Source: Sarea resinae (Eukaryota). From it: a stretch of DNA of 64,000 nt. This document shows, in pieces, positions 25,317-38,622 of the stretch. The DNA lies in NCBI GenBank assembly GCA_026026165.1, contig JAPEUD010000024.1, positions 62,001 to 126,000 on the forward strand, in the 5' to 3' direction. The position numbers were made by a program, and so were the translations under genes. The notes beneath the pieces are model-generated. The model saw nothing but the letters and a program-made list of their open reading frames with translations, was not told the DNA's origin and ran no database searches. Within the stretch, counting starts at the first letter, position 1, and every line of letters starts with the position of its first letter.

Positions 25317-27104
25317 TCTTGTGGCAGGCAGCTGCAGCGGTTCGGTGCAGTCTGGAAGCTGGCCAGTAGTCCACCTCGTCCGTACTCGATCACCCAGCAG
25401 CCAGCAGCCAGCAGCCAACGACCAACACTCGACTACGAATACCGTGACGATCGGATCGATTGGCCAGCAGGGACGCCGGAATGTTGCACAGGGAAAAGCG
25501 AGATGCCAAACATCACGACTGCTCGGGACGGTGAAGGGCTCGGCAATGTGAGGTCGTGGGATGATGGAGGGGAAAGGGTCTCGTATATACTCATGGCAGT
25601 TGCGGGATGGTATGCCTGATAACTGCCTCCCTACCTACATACCATAGTAGTACCTTACCCATCCAGCATCCATGCTACTGCGCAGTACTCGTTCGAGGCT
25701 CACTAGCAATCCCAGCAGAGAGACAGAACGACGGATCCATCGCAGCTCCAGAGTGGAGATGATGCGATGCAGGTGACATGAATCGACGACATTGACCAGG
25801 TATGCCTGGCCACTAGCTCCGGTGGGTTGGGGCAGCTGGTGGTAACGGTTCTGGTAGTGTATGAAGTAGGTAGTCGTAGTCGTAGGTTACGGGAACGCGG
25901 TCATAGTTCGATTCGAGACCGTCGGGTCTGATAGGTACGCAAGGGAACTGAAGATGGAAGGCATTTGATCCGTCTCGCTCCTGCCTCACATCACGGGCTA
26001 TCACCAAGAAGAGATCCGTTCGGATCCTTCCTTCCCTCGTCAAAGAGAACGGGGAGCCCGAAGATGATCATCGTATGGAACCATCGATAGGAGGTTCAGG
26101 GAGCAGCCGCCAAGTGCGGTACGGTAATCTTATCTATCCCACCACCACCACCCACCACCCACCACGGTCATCACCACCATCCATGGATACAAACTCTCAG
26201 CGGCGGTGGTGAAGGGTCAAGACGGACCCTGCATGACAGATACCGTACGGCGACTCTGCTCCTCTCCAGGGCTGTCTATTGGACTGTCGGGCACACGCCA
26301 GCTGCCACGAGGTCCACGACAAACCGTCAAGCTGCGTCATACCGCGTCTGCAACTACGCCGGAGTAGGTGAGAGTACCGTACCTCGTACCGTATGTACGG
26401 TGTACCTCCTTGATGTTCCCAACTACCTCTACCTACTACCTACCTTACATATCAGCATTCACCGTGGATCGCTCCACTGATGACTTTGTCAGCGCGTACG
26501 GCGTACTGGGCAGTACTCGTAGGAAGGATGCTGGTATAGGCACTACTACGCAGTACTAGCACTGGAGGTGACTCGACTCTGGAGAGTACCTACTACGGAG
26601 TACCGTCAGAGTTGGGTACGTTAGGTACGGAGTAAGAATGGAAGGCCATCAACGATGCACCCGTGGACACCTAGGTAGGTAGCCAGCTGCACTGATGCTC
26701 AAAGCGCCCAAGGTACAGGTACGCGGTAGTGCGATGTAATGGAAGTCGACGGCGCAGTACACAGTACGGTAGGAGGCACTCCGTACAGGTACCTCGCCTT
26801 GTCTTTCTTCGGGTGCTGGCAGCCCCCAGCTGGGAGTGCAGCTGATTCTTCGCGAGGGAACCTGATGATACCTTGGGACTACCTAGTGAGTACCCCTGGG
26901 TACCTTCCACGCACACGTCTACTCGGTGCCCTTGCGGAGTCGAGACTGGTACCTATCCGGTAGACAGTGCAGCTCGGAGGAGATGGGCTGGGTGAATGAA
27001 TGAACCTGAATGATCTACCCGCCCAATTCTGATGATCCTGGCTCTGCCTCTCCTCTTCGCTCTCGGCCAATTCAATATTCCACCACCATCCGCCCCCCAT
27101 CCTG

Positions 27105-27155
27105 CCTCGCAACCCTCGCAACCCTCGCAACCCTCTCAATCCTCTCAATCCTCTC
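27105..27155. repeat. 9-bp tandem repeat (cctcgcaac)x3 followed by (cctctcaat)x2
   Basis: Directly visible upstream of MED14. Confidence 0.8.
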
Positions 27156-27638
27156 ACGGCTCGTTTCGGGACCGAACTTGCCCTTCCAAGGTGAACACAG
27201 ATCCCCAGCGACTTGTACGCCGGGGGGTTGCGAAATCCATCAGTTTCGCGTCATCTGCAGCGTTACGTGCAAACTAGACCGCACCCTGCCCTTGCTTCAT
27301 CCTCGATTTCGCAATTGCTGGTCGGAGCTAGATCAATTGACTCGGCGCACGAGCTAACCCACCATCGCCTTTCAACTATCACGCGTGCGCAACTTTGCGC
27401 ATGGGAGGTCCATCCTCGACGCGGCGCTGACCTCTCGCTGGACTCCTGGATGGATTTTCTGAGCTTTCGATAAGACGACTACCGAGCCGGCTTGATTGTT
27501 GTGTTGCCGTGGAATTCGCTGCCGGTCATCACGAACATCAAGATTGAGTCGACAAGCCAGCAAGACGAAGTCGTGGAGGGTGCTTCGGCATTGGTGGTGG
27601 ACGGTATCAAGGTGGAAGGAGGAGGGGAAGGAGAAGCT

Positions 27639-30600
27639 ATGCCAGGTATCAGGATGAACAACCATGCGGTCAATGGAGAAAACTCCGACGGAGGCTCTGG
27701 CAGTCGCGGTAGTACCGACGATGCGAATGCGCTTCGTTCGGACGTCAAGGGAAAAATGTCTCCAAACTCGAATCAGGCTGGCCCAAACGGTTTGGTAGAT
27801 GCGCGCAACGGCATGACAAGCCAGGGCGATGACATGGAAGGTGTGAGATCTAATGCGGTCGGCTCTTTTCATGAGCTGCCTCCAGAGATCGAACACATCA
27901 CCATGGGATACCAGCCATTGTCGAAGCTGATCACGAGGCTCACCCAAGATTGCTTCAATAACCTCACGGAAGTACTCGAGGCCATGTCAGACGTATCTCT
28001 TCCGCCAAATTCGTCAAGTGCTCATGGTACCGACCAACCTGGTGTCAATGGTCACGGCGGTGCCTCGGAGTTGAATGTACAGAAGAAGATGCGCCTGATG
28101 AATTTTGCTCAGACTAGGAGGGAGCAATTCATCAAAGTTCTCGTCCTCTCGCAGTGGAGTCGCCAGGCAGCGGATGTTAGCAAAGTTATTGATCTCAAGG
28201 TCTGGCTAGACAGACAGAGAGGGCTCTACGACGAAGCTGGCGGTTGGCTTGGAGAAATGAAGAGAAATCTGGAGCCTGCGAAAATGCCAAACCCGGATTT
28301 AAAAACAGCTCTAGAGGTCCTGTCAACCGGCAGAGCTTCTTGGCTACCAGATGTATGCTCCTCAATTCCTCCCAATATATGTGAAGAGGCTAACGGACTG
28401 CTAGCTTGGGTACATACCACCCAAACCTTTAACGCCTGAGCGAATGCTGAAAACGCTGAGAAACATCAATACCCTTCTTTCGATCCGTCTCAATCTTCAT
28501 GAGACGTTACCGACGCATTTCAAGAATTTCACAATATCCTCCGGTCGTGCGACTTTTAGCGTGCCTTTTGAATTTGAAGTGGATCTGTCTATCGGCGATG
28601 AAGATCCCACGTCTCAATTGTATTTCATCGATTTCCGTTTCCTCTTCTCTCCGTCGTCAGAGATACCGGCCGGGAGACTACGCAATGATCTCGAGGCGAA
28701 AGCCAACGACGTTCTCCGGAGAGAGGGACTCCCCGGGTGCTATAATCTTCTACATCAGCTTGTTCTGACTCACAAGATCAACGTGCTGCGAAGGCAGGCA
28801 TTAGAGATGAGTAGAGGGCGATGGACAGAGTCTATACGACTTGAGATGGTGAGAAGAACATTGGTGATAGAATACTGGTTAAATCGGCCCGCTGGGAAAA
28901 GCTGGATCGAAATTGGAATCAAAAGCGGTAGGAGAAGAGAAGGCAAGGTCCTGAAGGATGGATCTAGCACGCCAACCATAGGTATTCGTTGGGTGCGAAA
29001 TGGGAAAGAAGTGAGCGGTCATCCCATCGAGATAGATGCTGGTTTGCTATCGATGGAGAGCCTTCTCAAGAGAGTCGTCGCCTCACACGCCAGTCAGATC
29101 CTGACCAGCATATATGGAAAACTATCAGCCGTACCTTTGTACGCAAGGGGAGCCCTGTCAATCTCCCTTTCGACATCAGAGACTGAGCCCGTTGAATGTG
29201 CTCTCAACGTCCAGCTCACGGCTTCTGAGACGATTACTATATCTGTCGAACCAATGACTGGTCGATTTGCGCTCTATCCCGCTTCCCCGCTGTCCCTTCG
29301 AGCGGAACACGAAATCAACAGCATCAGAGACCCTGCCGATGAAGCGCATACTCGGATAGCAAACCTTCGATGCCTCGTGGCACAAGAAGAGATTGATTCT
29401 CGTGCCAAGTGCGTCGGATGGAAGCCTTTGAAGAGCTTCAGCCCCAAATTCGAGGATATCAAACGACTTCTTCCCCGCGACACTCTCCGTATTTCGATGT
29501 TCAGGAGAGAGGGTTGGTGGAGGGTATTCATTCTGGCGGTTTGCATAGGCATGAGTGGTGAAACCTGGTGGATCATTGAGACGTACATATATCCAAGTCT
29601 GTCTTCTTCATTTTCTTCGGCTAACGCATTTCTAGTGTCGAGACAGCAATGGAATTAAAGATCAAATCTGCGATCCCACTGTCTACACAGGGCAATGTCA
29701 CCGGCGTCTCCAATCTCTCATACGTGTTCTTCTCCCGCTTAGAGTATGCTGCCGCTAGTATGATTTCTCATTTTGTCCATACGCGCGATCTCTCCCGCCG
29801 CGGCGTCCAGCATAAGATGCGAGCAGATCCGTCTCATGCAACGGTGCGCATACCGGACCTTCTCATCAGCGTTTCAAGTCTCATGAATTCTACCCCTGGG
29901 CAACGGCCAGACAGAACAGAAGACCTTGTTCGAGTCACTTATCAAGGGGTGTCGAGCCGCAGCGGAGAAATGTCGCTGGTCACCGAGGCTTCATTGCATC
30001 TGGGCAAGGAGAGAGCAGAGATGATCAAAGATCGAGTCGACGACGGTGTCGAGTTCGACCCAGAACGCCAAGTGTTTTCATTCAAAGTAAAGATGACAGT
30101 TGGGGAATCGGTCATCCCGGAGCTCATCACCCGGTTGAGGAGGATCGAGCGACTTGTCGATTTCTTGGGCATCATGAAACGGTCCAACTTCAAGTGCGAT
30201 ACTGTCAGTCTTGATAGGGTCGTCTTCGCTTACTCCGCCGAGCCGGATCTCAAAGCGGACATATATTTTGGCGCTGAAGCTGGCATGACCATACGATTAG
30301 AGCAGGGCAATCCTCACCTTCGGATCAAAGACTTCCTCACCCACATCCTGAATGGACCATCCCACGGTCTCTCACTCATGACTAATCTCCTCCTTCAGAC
30401 TCTGCCTGTCGTTCGCACTCTTGATACAATCGAAGCAGCCGGTCTGGTTCCCCCCAGCAGTGAACCAGCCACCACAGGGCCTCGGAAAGGAACACTCATC
30501 CTCCCTCGCTCGGCGGACTGCTACAATATTCGATATGCCAATCCCCGGTGTGTCCTCCAGATCAAGCTACGACGCCGGCGCGACAAATCAGAATGGTTTG

Positions 30601-30878
30601 TAGACGACGTCTCCAATGCGCATGACCGTAAATCCCGCAGTCCGGATTTCACCGCGGCCCTGGCCACCCTCTTTACCGACAGTGGTCCCGGCTGGCGTGG
30701 CCTGCGCACCGGCATCACCGCCGAACCTGACGGCGTCTCTGACATCCTCACCCGTCTCGACCAATGCATCGGGCGTTTTGCAGAGACCGGTACTGCCTCT
30801 GGAACAGCGCAGCGGCCCGCCGGTGGGGATGGCAGTGCCAAGGGCGCAGATGGCCACGAGATTGTTGTTCTAGACTGA
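27639..30878 (+). CDS. MED14: Mediator subunit 14 (Rgr1); introns ~28352-28404 and ~29583-29635
   Basis: LPPEIEHIT.GY.PLSKLI.R, FIKVLVLSQWSR, AKMPNPDLKTALEVLSTG, SGRATFSVPFEFEVDLSI.DED. Confidence 0.93.
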
Positions 30879-31481
30879 CCGCTGTGGCATCCATTCCATC
30901 TGCCGGTCACTTTCACCACTTGTGTAGCTGGGCGGTCAGTGATCATTCCTCTTTTCTTTTCCACGATATCAGGCGTCTTTGGGCAAGAAGGCATCCGCAG
31001 GCGCAAGGGATGGAATTTCTTCTATTGCGAGTCTTCCAGGGTCGCTAGGTTACGCCTCACGGCCTTTCTTATTTGGAGGTTTTCCGATCTGGAGATCGCG
31101 TGTACTGTCAGCAGACTGGGTTCATTTTTGCTTGTGTATACTACGGCTATCCTCCATTTCGATCTGCAGTAGCTGGTGTAGTATAGCATCTACGAGATTG
31201 ATTTACAATATATAGACTTGTATCGCCGCCCACTCTCATCCTCTCTCCTGAGATTGTGTAGAGAGAAGTACTCCGCAGATCTGAAAGGGTACTTTGTGTT
31301 CGGTATTTCGTCTTCCGTTTTCGCAGGGAGGTACCTTGTGTAGGTACACTTGCCGAGTACAACCAACATCTCTTCCGTCGTTCGTCCATTCATTCATTCA
31401 TTGCCTACGATACTTGACCTCACCCGACAGGAAGTCGAGCTCCTCTCCTCTACCCACCGCTCTCCACTCAATCCCCTCCCA

Positions 31482-32362
31482 ATGTCTTTCCGGCCTCTCC
31501 TTCGGCGGGTAAGTCTCCTGTCATCCTACTACCGCTATAGACAAAGCCATTGACATCCTTCCAGCGCGCCGTCGTGCCCACGACCGCCGGTCTGCTCGCT
31601 TTCGGCACGACTCTATTCCCTAAGACCGCCTTCGCCGAAGCCCCCGCCTCATCATCTTCGGAAGAGCCATCGGATTCTCTTGTACGTCAGGAGGGATTTC
31701 ACTCTGTTCCGGCTCTCTTGGACTTCAACTGACATTCTTCGCAGTCGTCCCGCAAGCCCATCTACGATGATTTCCTCTCGGCAGAGCCCAGCACACCTTC
31801 ATCTTCAACTCCCACCGCGGACCGTGATACGCCGACGACTCCCTCTCCGACTCCGACCGACCGCCTCGCTGTCCAAGTCGGCCGCACCCGTCTCTTCCTC
31901 CACGCTCACGTCGCCGCGGCCGAGGACTCTTTCAACGACCTCATGACCAACCTTCTGCACCTCGAATCCTCCTTCACCTCCACTGTTGCGTCGCTCGCCC
32001 CATCGAAAGAGTCGGGTGAACGTCTGATGCCAGGTGCCATCTACGTCGTCGTTGCCGCCATGGCCGGCTCCATCGTCACGCGCAATCGCAACATCATGCT
32101 GCGCGCCTCACTACCCCTCGCTATCGGCATTGGCGCCGGTTGGGCTGTCCTGCCCGTCACATCGCGTAATGTGGGGGACTTGATCTGGACCTACGAGACT
32201 CGGGTGCCGTTCATCAGCAACAATCACATGCGCATCCGTGGCGCGACTGAGGAGGTATGGCGACAGGCTCGTGTACACGGCGAAGCGGCTGCGAGGATAG
32301 TAGATGAGAAGGTGCAGGATGCGAGGGAGTCGGTCCAGGACTGGGTCAAAAAGGGCAGATAG
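31482..32362 (+). CDS. MIC26: MICOS subunit MIC26/MIC27 (apolipoprotein O family); exons 31482-31508, 31565-31681, 31745-32362
   Basis: Presequence-like start, RKPIYDD, PTPTDRLA, LMPGAIYVVVAAMAGSIVTRNRNI. Confidence 0.85.
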
Positions 32363-33085
32363 ATGGGAGATATTGTGCTTCCATGGGACGAGAAGCTTGT
32401 GTGAACTACGGAGAGAAATGCAGGTCGGAAGAGGTGTTGCATGCACAAGAGTTCCGGCAGGCCAAATGCTCTGTAGATCGGCGCCCACTGCCAATCTCTT
32501 TTTCGTTTTAATGCCCTGAGTGCGTGCGAGCGAGCGGCCTTGCATGCCCGTGTGCCGGATTTCCACTTTCTGTACTGCATATATATAGAAACGCGTCGAG
32601 AGCGCTGAGACATCTACGACGCCGTATACGTTCCTCTTGTCTCTCACTGTAGATCCCAAGCATGCCATGAAGAATACGGTGCAAATGACAAATGACGAGT
32701 CAACCTAGACATCTCTCCCCGACTCCCTCGGGCATGATACTGGAATCCGGCCCTCCAGCCCTCCAGCCCTCCAGCTGGGGCCGAGAGCCTCGTGCGGCTT
32801 GCCTCTGATTACATAAGCAGGATCTTCGTCGGCCCGCAATCCGTTGACGCGCCCGACGTAAGCGGCGGCGGGGCGGCGGGATGCCGCTTAGCCATGGATG
32901 CATGTCATTATCGCCCATGCGTCTCATTTGATCTTTCGGACTGGTAAGAAGAATTCTCAACTCTCCTATTCTCCGCCGTCTCCTCCTCCTCCTTCTCCGA
33001 TTCCTTTTCTCCTCTTCGTAAGTCGATTTCTCCATGTTCTTTTGCTCTTGGCTTCTTACCGTTCATCTCTAGTCGTCTTGACGAT

Positions 33086-35566
33086 ATGTTCAAACCCTTG
33101 AGCCGCCGGACTTTATCCTGGACTTGCTCACAATGCGTATCTCGCCAACAATTTCCGAGACGCTTGGCCACCGCGGCCACTGCCACCACCGCGGCCAATC
33201 ACTCGCGACAGGATGCTCAATTTGCACCTGCCACGCATGGCGCTCCGGGTGCTTCTCACGATGATCGCACATTACGAGCCATATTCGATTCGCAGCCGTT
33301 CTGGCGAGAGTTCTCCCAGCGGAAGCGGCCCAGCGTTGGCCTCTTCCGCAACCGATATCTGACGGGACCCAAAGGGTTCCAGGATTTCGCCGCCATCACG
33401 CTGCAGAAATGTCGCAAGATCGTCGCAAAGGTTCTTGCGGCGTCTTCGGTGGAAGAGTACAAACACATCGCTCGCGACCTGGATCGGCTCAGCGATCTTC
33501 TGTGTCGCGTCATCGACTTGTCCGATTTCGTCCGGTCTACGCATCCCGATCGCAGGATCCAGGCTGCTGCCACCCAGGCGTATGCGCTCATGTTCGAGTA
33601 CATGAACGTTCTCAACACTACCACCGGGCTCAACGATCAACTCAAGGTCGCGCTGGCTAATCCCGAAGTCGCGGATTCGTGGTCGGAAGAAGAAAAGGTC
33701 GTGGCACGGATATTGATGAAGGACTTTTCGAAATCGGCAATAGACCTGCCGGCCAGTGATCGTCAGAAGTTTATCGATCTGTCGAACGATATCAGCCAGC
33801 TGGGTTCCGAGTTCGTAGACAACATGGAGCCCGAGACGCCGTATCTCGAATTCGAAAGCAACAGACTCAGGGGCATGGATCCTTTGGTGGTGAGGAAATT
33901 GACGAAGTGGGGGAAAGTTACACTTCCGGCCATTGGACCAGCAGCGACCCTTGCATTGAGGTCGGTGGAAGATGAAAGCACTCGGAAGCAAATATACATG
34001 GCGAACCGGACGGCATCGAGGAACCAGATACACCGTCTAGACGAGTTGCTGAAAAAAAGAGCGGAGCTAGCAAAATTATCCGGCTACAGCAGCTACGGAG
34101 ATATGGCTCTGGGGGATAAGATGGCAAAATCGGCCAGTAAGTAATCTACCTGCACAAGAGTGGCTACATGCAGGGACTGACACGAAACAGAATCTGTGGA
34201 CAGTTTCTTGCAGGCTCTCGTCGCCGACAATCACAGTAAGGTGCAGCAGGAACTCAAGCAGCTCGTGGAAGTGAAGCAGACGAGTTTCTCGAGCGGCCAG
34301 GATAGAACCACCTTGAACGCGTGGGACCGGGATTTCTGCTCGACGCGGCTCCTCTCTCGCGCCCGCTCCCGATCCCGAGCGCCGGACTTTCTCTCCGCGT
34401 ACTTCTCGCTCGGCACAGTCATGCAGGGCCTGTCGCGCCTCTTCACACGTCTCTACGGCATCCGGCTCGTGCCGCACGAGACCTCGCCCGGCGAGACGTG
34501 GAACGACGAGGTGCGCCGGCTCGACGTCATCGACGAGCACGACGGTCACATCGCCGTCGTCTACTGCGACCTCTTCGAGCGCGAAGGCAAGAATCCCAAC
34601 CCAGCACACTTCACGCTGCGGTGCTCGCGGCAGATCACCGAGGCCGAGATCGAAGAAGGCCGGTCCCTAGGCCTACACTCAGACCACGTCGAGGATATCA
34701 CCAACGATGGCATGGCCGCCGCCCGCGATCCCCACAACGGCAAGCTCTACCAACTGCCCACCATCGCCCTCATCTGCGACTTCCACCGCCCCACCAGCCA
34801 TAACAACCCCAACAGCAACCGGCCCGTCCTGCTCTCCTTCCGCGAGGTCCAGACACTCTTTCACGAAATGGGCCACGCGGTGCACTCGATGCTCGGGCGC
34901 ACGACCCTCCAAAACGTGGCAGGCACGCGATGCGCGACGGACTTTGCCGAGCTGCCGAGCGTGCTGATGGAGCACTTTGCCAGCTCGCCGGCGGTGCTGG
35001 CGCTGTTCGCGCGACACTGGGAGACGGACGCGGCCCTGCCGTACGGGCTGGTGGCGGACAAGGTCGCGCTGGAGCAGCGGCTCAGCGGCAGCGAGACCGA
35101 GGCGCAGATCCTGCTGGCGATGCTGGACCAGAGCTACCACTCGGCGCGCGCGGCCGACGGGGCCTTTTCCAGCTCGGCCGCCTACCACGACATCTACAAC
35201 GCCCACGCCAGCCTGCCCGAGCCCGCCGGCACGTCCTGGCAGGGCTTCTTCGGCCATCTGTACGGCTACGGCGCTTCGTACTATTCGTACCTCTTCGATC
35301 GCGCCATCGCCGGCAAGATCTGGAAGGAGGTTTTCCAAAACCATGCCCCGGGTGCGGGTGGTGGTGGTGGTTCGCAGGCCGGGGAGGGCCAAGGTGGCGG
35401 GCCCGTAAGCAGAGAGGCCGGCGAGCGTTATCGGCGCGAGGTCCTCTCGTGGGGCGGCGGCCGCGACGGCTGGAAATGCGTCGCCGGCGTGCTGGGAGAC
35501 GAGCGTTTGGCTGAGGGGGGCCCGGCCGCAATGGCTGAGGTCGGCAAATGGGGCGCGGGCGATTGA
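33086..35566 (+). CDS. OCT1: Mitochondrial intermediate peptidase (M3A); intron 34137-34190
   Basis: Arg-rich presequence, [34 protein letters not shown] zinc motif, [27 protein letters not shown]. Confidence 0.96.
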
Positions 35567-36153
35567 TGTGTTTATTGGGGAGGGGGAGGTTTCGCGTTAT
35601 AGAATGTAGGAATACAGGATAGGAGATAGGAGATAAAGGATACTTGATATAAGATACCTACCGTAGATATAGGATACATAGCAGGCGGACATGGAATTCT
35701 AGGATATAGAATTCTAGAATAATACTACAACAATACCTGTTAAGATGAAAAGAGAGATATAGAACTAGTACTTATAGTGATCAAACTCGGAACAAATATA
35801 GATTATTAGTATAAGTGTTAGTAGAGATAGAAGTAGAAGTAGTAGTGAGTCGAACTAGAACTGCAAGTATAAAGAGGGCCAGTAGGTAGAATATTGGTTA
35901 CATACATACCTACCTAGGATATAAGGTACTCCCATATCTAAATAGTTCTACCCAAGGTACCGACGTCTATATCTACCTTACCTGTATGTCTAATCTGTTA
36001 CCTACTAACAGAACGTGCTAATTACCTTACCAAGGATTAAAAGTGTCGAGTGGCTACCAAGGTAGGTAGTTTATACAGCAGCAAGTACTCAGTAGTAAAT
36101 ACGAAGTAGCTAGCCTATACTTTACAAAAGCAACAAAACAGACTACTTAGTAT

Positions 36154-36157
<4 letters not shown>

Positions 36158-36189
<32 letters not shown>

Positions 36190-36500
36190 CTTGAATTAGT
36201 CTTTGTGCTAGATCTAGACGAAAACGGACCTGGACCAGAACGGACCTGTACCGGACCGGACGGGACCTAGCTAAGGAGCCTTTTTGGTGGGAGATAAGAT
36301 AAGAAAGGGAGAGAAAAAAGGAGGGGGAGAGAGTAGGCCTAAAGGAGTAGGGGTAGTTGGAGAGAGAGAGAGAGGAGAGGGGAGAGGGAGAGAAAAGTAG
36401 AGGGAGAGAGGATGGGGAAAGAAAGGGGAAAGGAAAAGAGAAAAGAAAATTCAAAGCCGGCAAAAGGAAAAGGAGAAAGAAAAAACAGAAAAATCCGAAC
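36158..36500. repeat. (GA)n microsatellite and long polypurine tract in the OCT1-UNG1 spacer
   Basis: (GA)n at ~36158-36186, degenerate ggacc pentamers at 36225-36268, purine-rich stretch to ~36500. Confidence 0.85.
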
Positions 36501-36558
36501 AAGGAACCAAAGCCCGACACCATAGCTAGATAGAACAGACAACAAGTAAAAGGACCAT

Positions 36559-37649
36559 CTAAACGCCAGCGACGGCCGGGTCGACGTCCAGGTTCCAGTC
36601 GATCTCGGACCCGGCGCCGTACCGGTTCTTCAACCACTCGTTTGTCTTGACGAAGTGGCCGCAATCAAACTGGAAGAAATGCATCAGTAAGTCATATCCT
36701 ACCATCTTGACCGAACGACATTTGGGGTAAACTCACAAATCCCCTGGCCGCGCTCAACGGACTCGGGTGGACACTCTGCAGCACGCAATGTCTCTGTCTG
36801 TCGACCTTGGCGATCCTCTTGCCGGCCGGCGTGCCCCAGGCCAGAAACACGACACCGCCTCTCCTCACCTTCGCGACCGTGTCGATGACCTTCTGCGTGA
36901 ATCGCTCCCAGCCCCTGCCGGCGTGGCTGTTGGCCTCGTGCGCGCGTACGGTCAGACACGTGTTGAGCAGCAGCACGCCGTTGTTGGCCCACGGGGTCAG
37001 GAGACCCGTGTTCTTAGGCGGCGGCCGGAACGTGGTCGGGTAGTCTTTCTTGAGCGCCGTGTAGATGTTGCGGAGCGAGGGCGGGGGCGTCGTTGGTGGG
37101 CGCACGGAGAAGCAGAGGCCGTGGGCGCAGCCGGGCGTGTGGTAGGGGTCCTGGCCGATGATGACCGCTTTGACCGTGTTGAGGGGCGTATGACGGGACC
37201 TGGACAATGTAAATAAAGACGAATAGCTTGGTTACTGGCTGGCGGAGGAAAGAAAAAACATACCAAGAATAGACATCTTCCAGCGGCGGATAGACCGTCT
37301 TCTTCTGCACCTCAATCTCCTCCTTCAGGAACTTCTTCAGTGCAAGAAACTCCTTGCTGACGACCTCTTCCTTCAGATGTGCAAGCCAGCTCTCATGGAG
37401 AGTGTCAATCTCCAGCTTCAACAAGTCGCGCTGCTCGGGCGTCAATTTAGCCACCCAGGCTTCTTTGTTGAACTTGGGCAGGGCCGGCATTGATGATGCA
37501 GATGTGTTGGAAGACGCATTGTTGGGAGCACTCGTCGAAGCGGCGGCTTTGGGCGCGCTGAAGAACGAGGTGATGCTCGCGTTCGCTTTGGGCTTTTTGG
37601 CGTCTGCGGCAGCGAGGTCGGCGGCTTTACGTTTGAGGGTGGCGGCCAT
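36559..37649 (-). CDS. UNG1: Uracil-DNA glycosylase family 1, 3 exons
   Basis: PIP-like [53 protein letters not shown]. Confidence 0.96.
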
Positions 37650-38622
37650 GTTGAGGTGGAATGTGCAGGAATTGTGGAAATCGTAATTGATTGGAAGGCA
37701 GAGCTCTATCAGAAGATGAGGAGATGAGAAGAGAGTAGATAGAAGACGAGAAGACGGGGAGATTTATGGAGTGGTGGTGATACGAACTGGCGCGTGAGAT
37801 TGACTTGGATTCGCGTATGACGCGTGCTCACTTGGTTAATTGACTCCTTTCAATGATTACCCTACGGAGGTACGAAGTAATACTACACTCTATTAGGGGC
37901 CCCCGGATGTCAACACCGCCTATCCGAACAGAGCAACTCCGCGATGATCCATGGATGCTGGGGCCAAACACGCCGGGTAAAGAGCAGGCAGAAGAACGAC
38001 CATGAGAGCGACATTGTAAAGGAGGGGAAGAATGGAGAAGGCAATCAATCAATTCAAGGAAACAGCTGCTTGAGGGCCTCATCCTCAGATCAATTTCTAT
38101 TTCGCACGCACCCATCATGTGTGGTGTTTGTGGCAGAAGCAGCTCGATTCTAGGGGGCTGACGGCACGGTTGAGCGTCCCCTGGACTGCCTAAAGCTCTC
38201 CGTAAAGAGGGCACATGTACGTACAAAGAGGAGATGATAGATGGGAATGGAGGTGGGCCAACAACACGATCAGCTATCATTCCAATACCCTCGACCGTGG
38301 GAATCGACAGTGCTGAGGAGCCTATCTTCCAGGGGAAATCCTACACATATATGCCCTCGTGGGCTATTGCCATGCATCCTCTCTTCTCACGTGCTATGCA
38401 AATTACACCTTCGGGTGAAAGTCACCCAGATGTTCAGAGAATCATGACGGGAAGGAGCTTGTTCTTTTCTTTCCTCGGATCACTCAAAAGAACAGAAACC
38501 TATAACGCCCAGCAACATCTGTGGTCAGGATCAAGGCGGCGATTAACATGACGGGCACTGTGATCTCCAAATAGAACCAGATCTCGACGGAAGCTCCAGT
38601 ACCAAATCAACCTGGGAACGTT

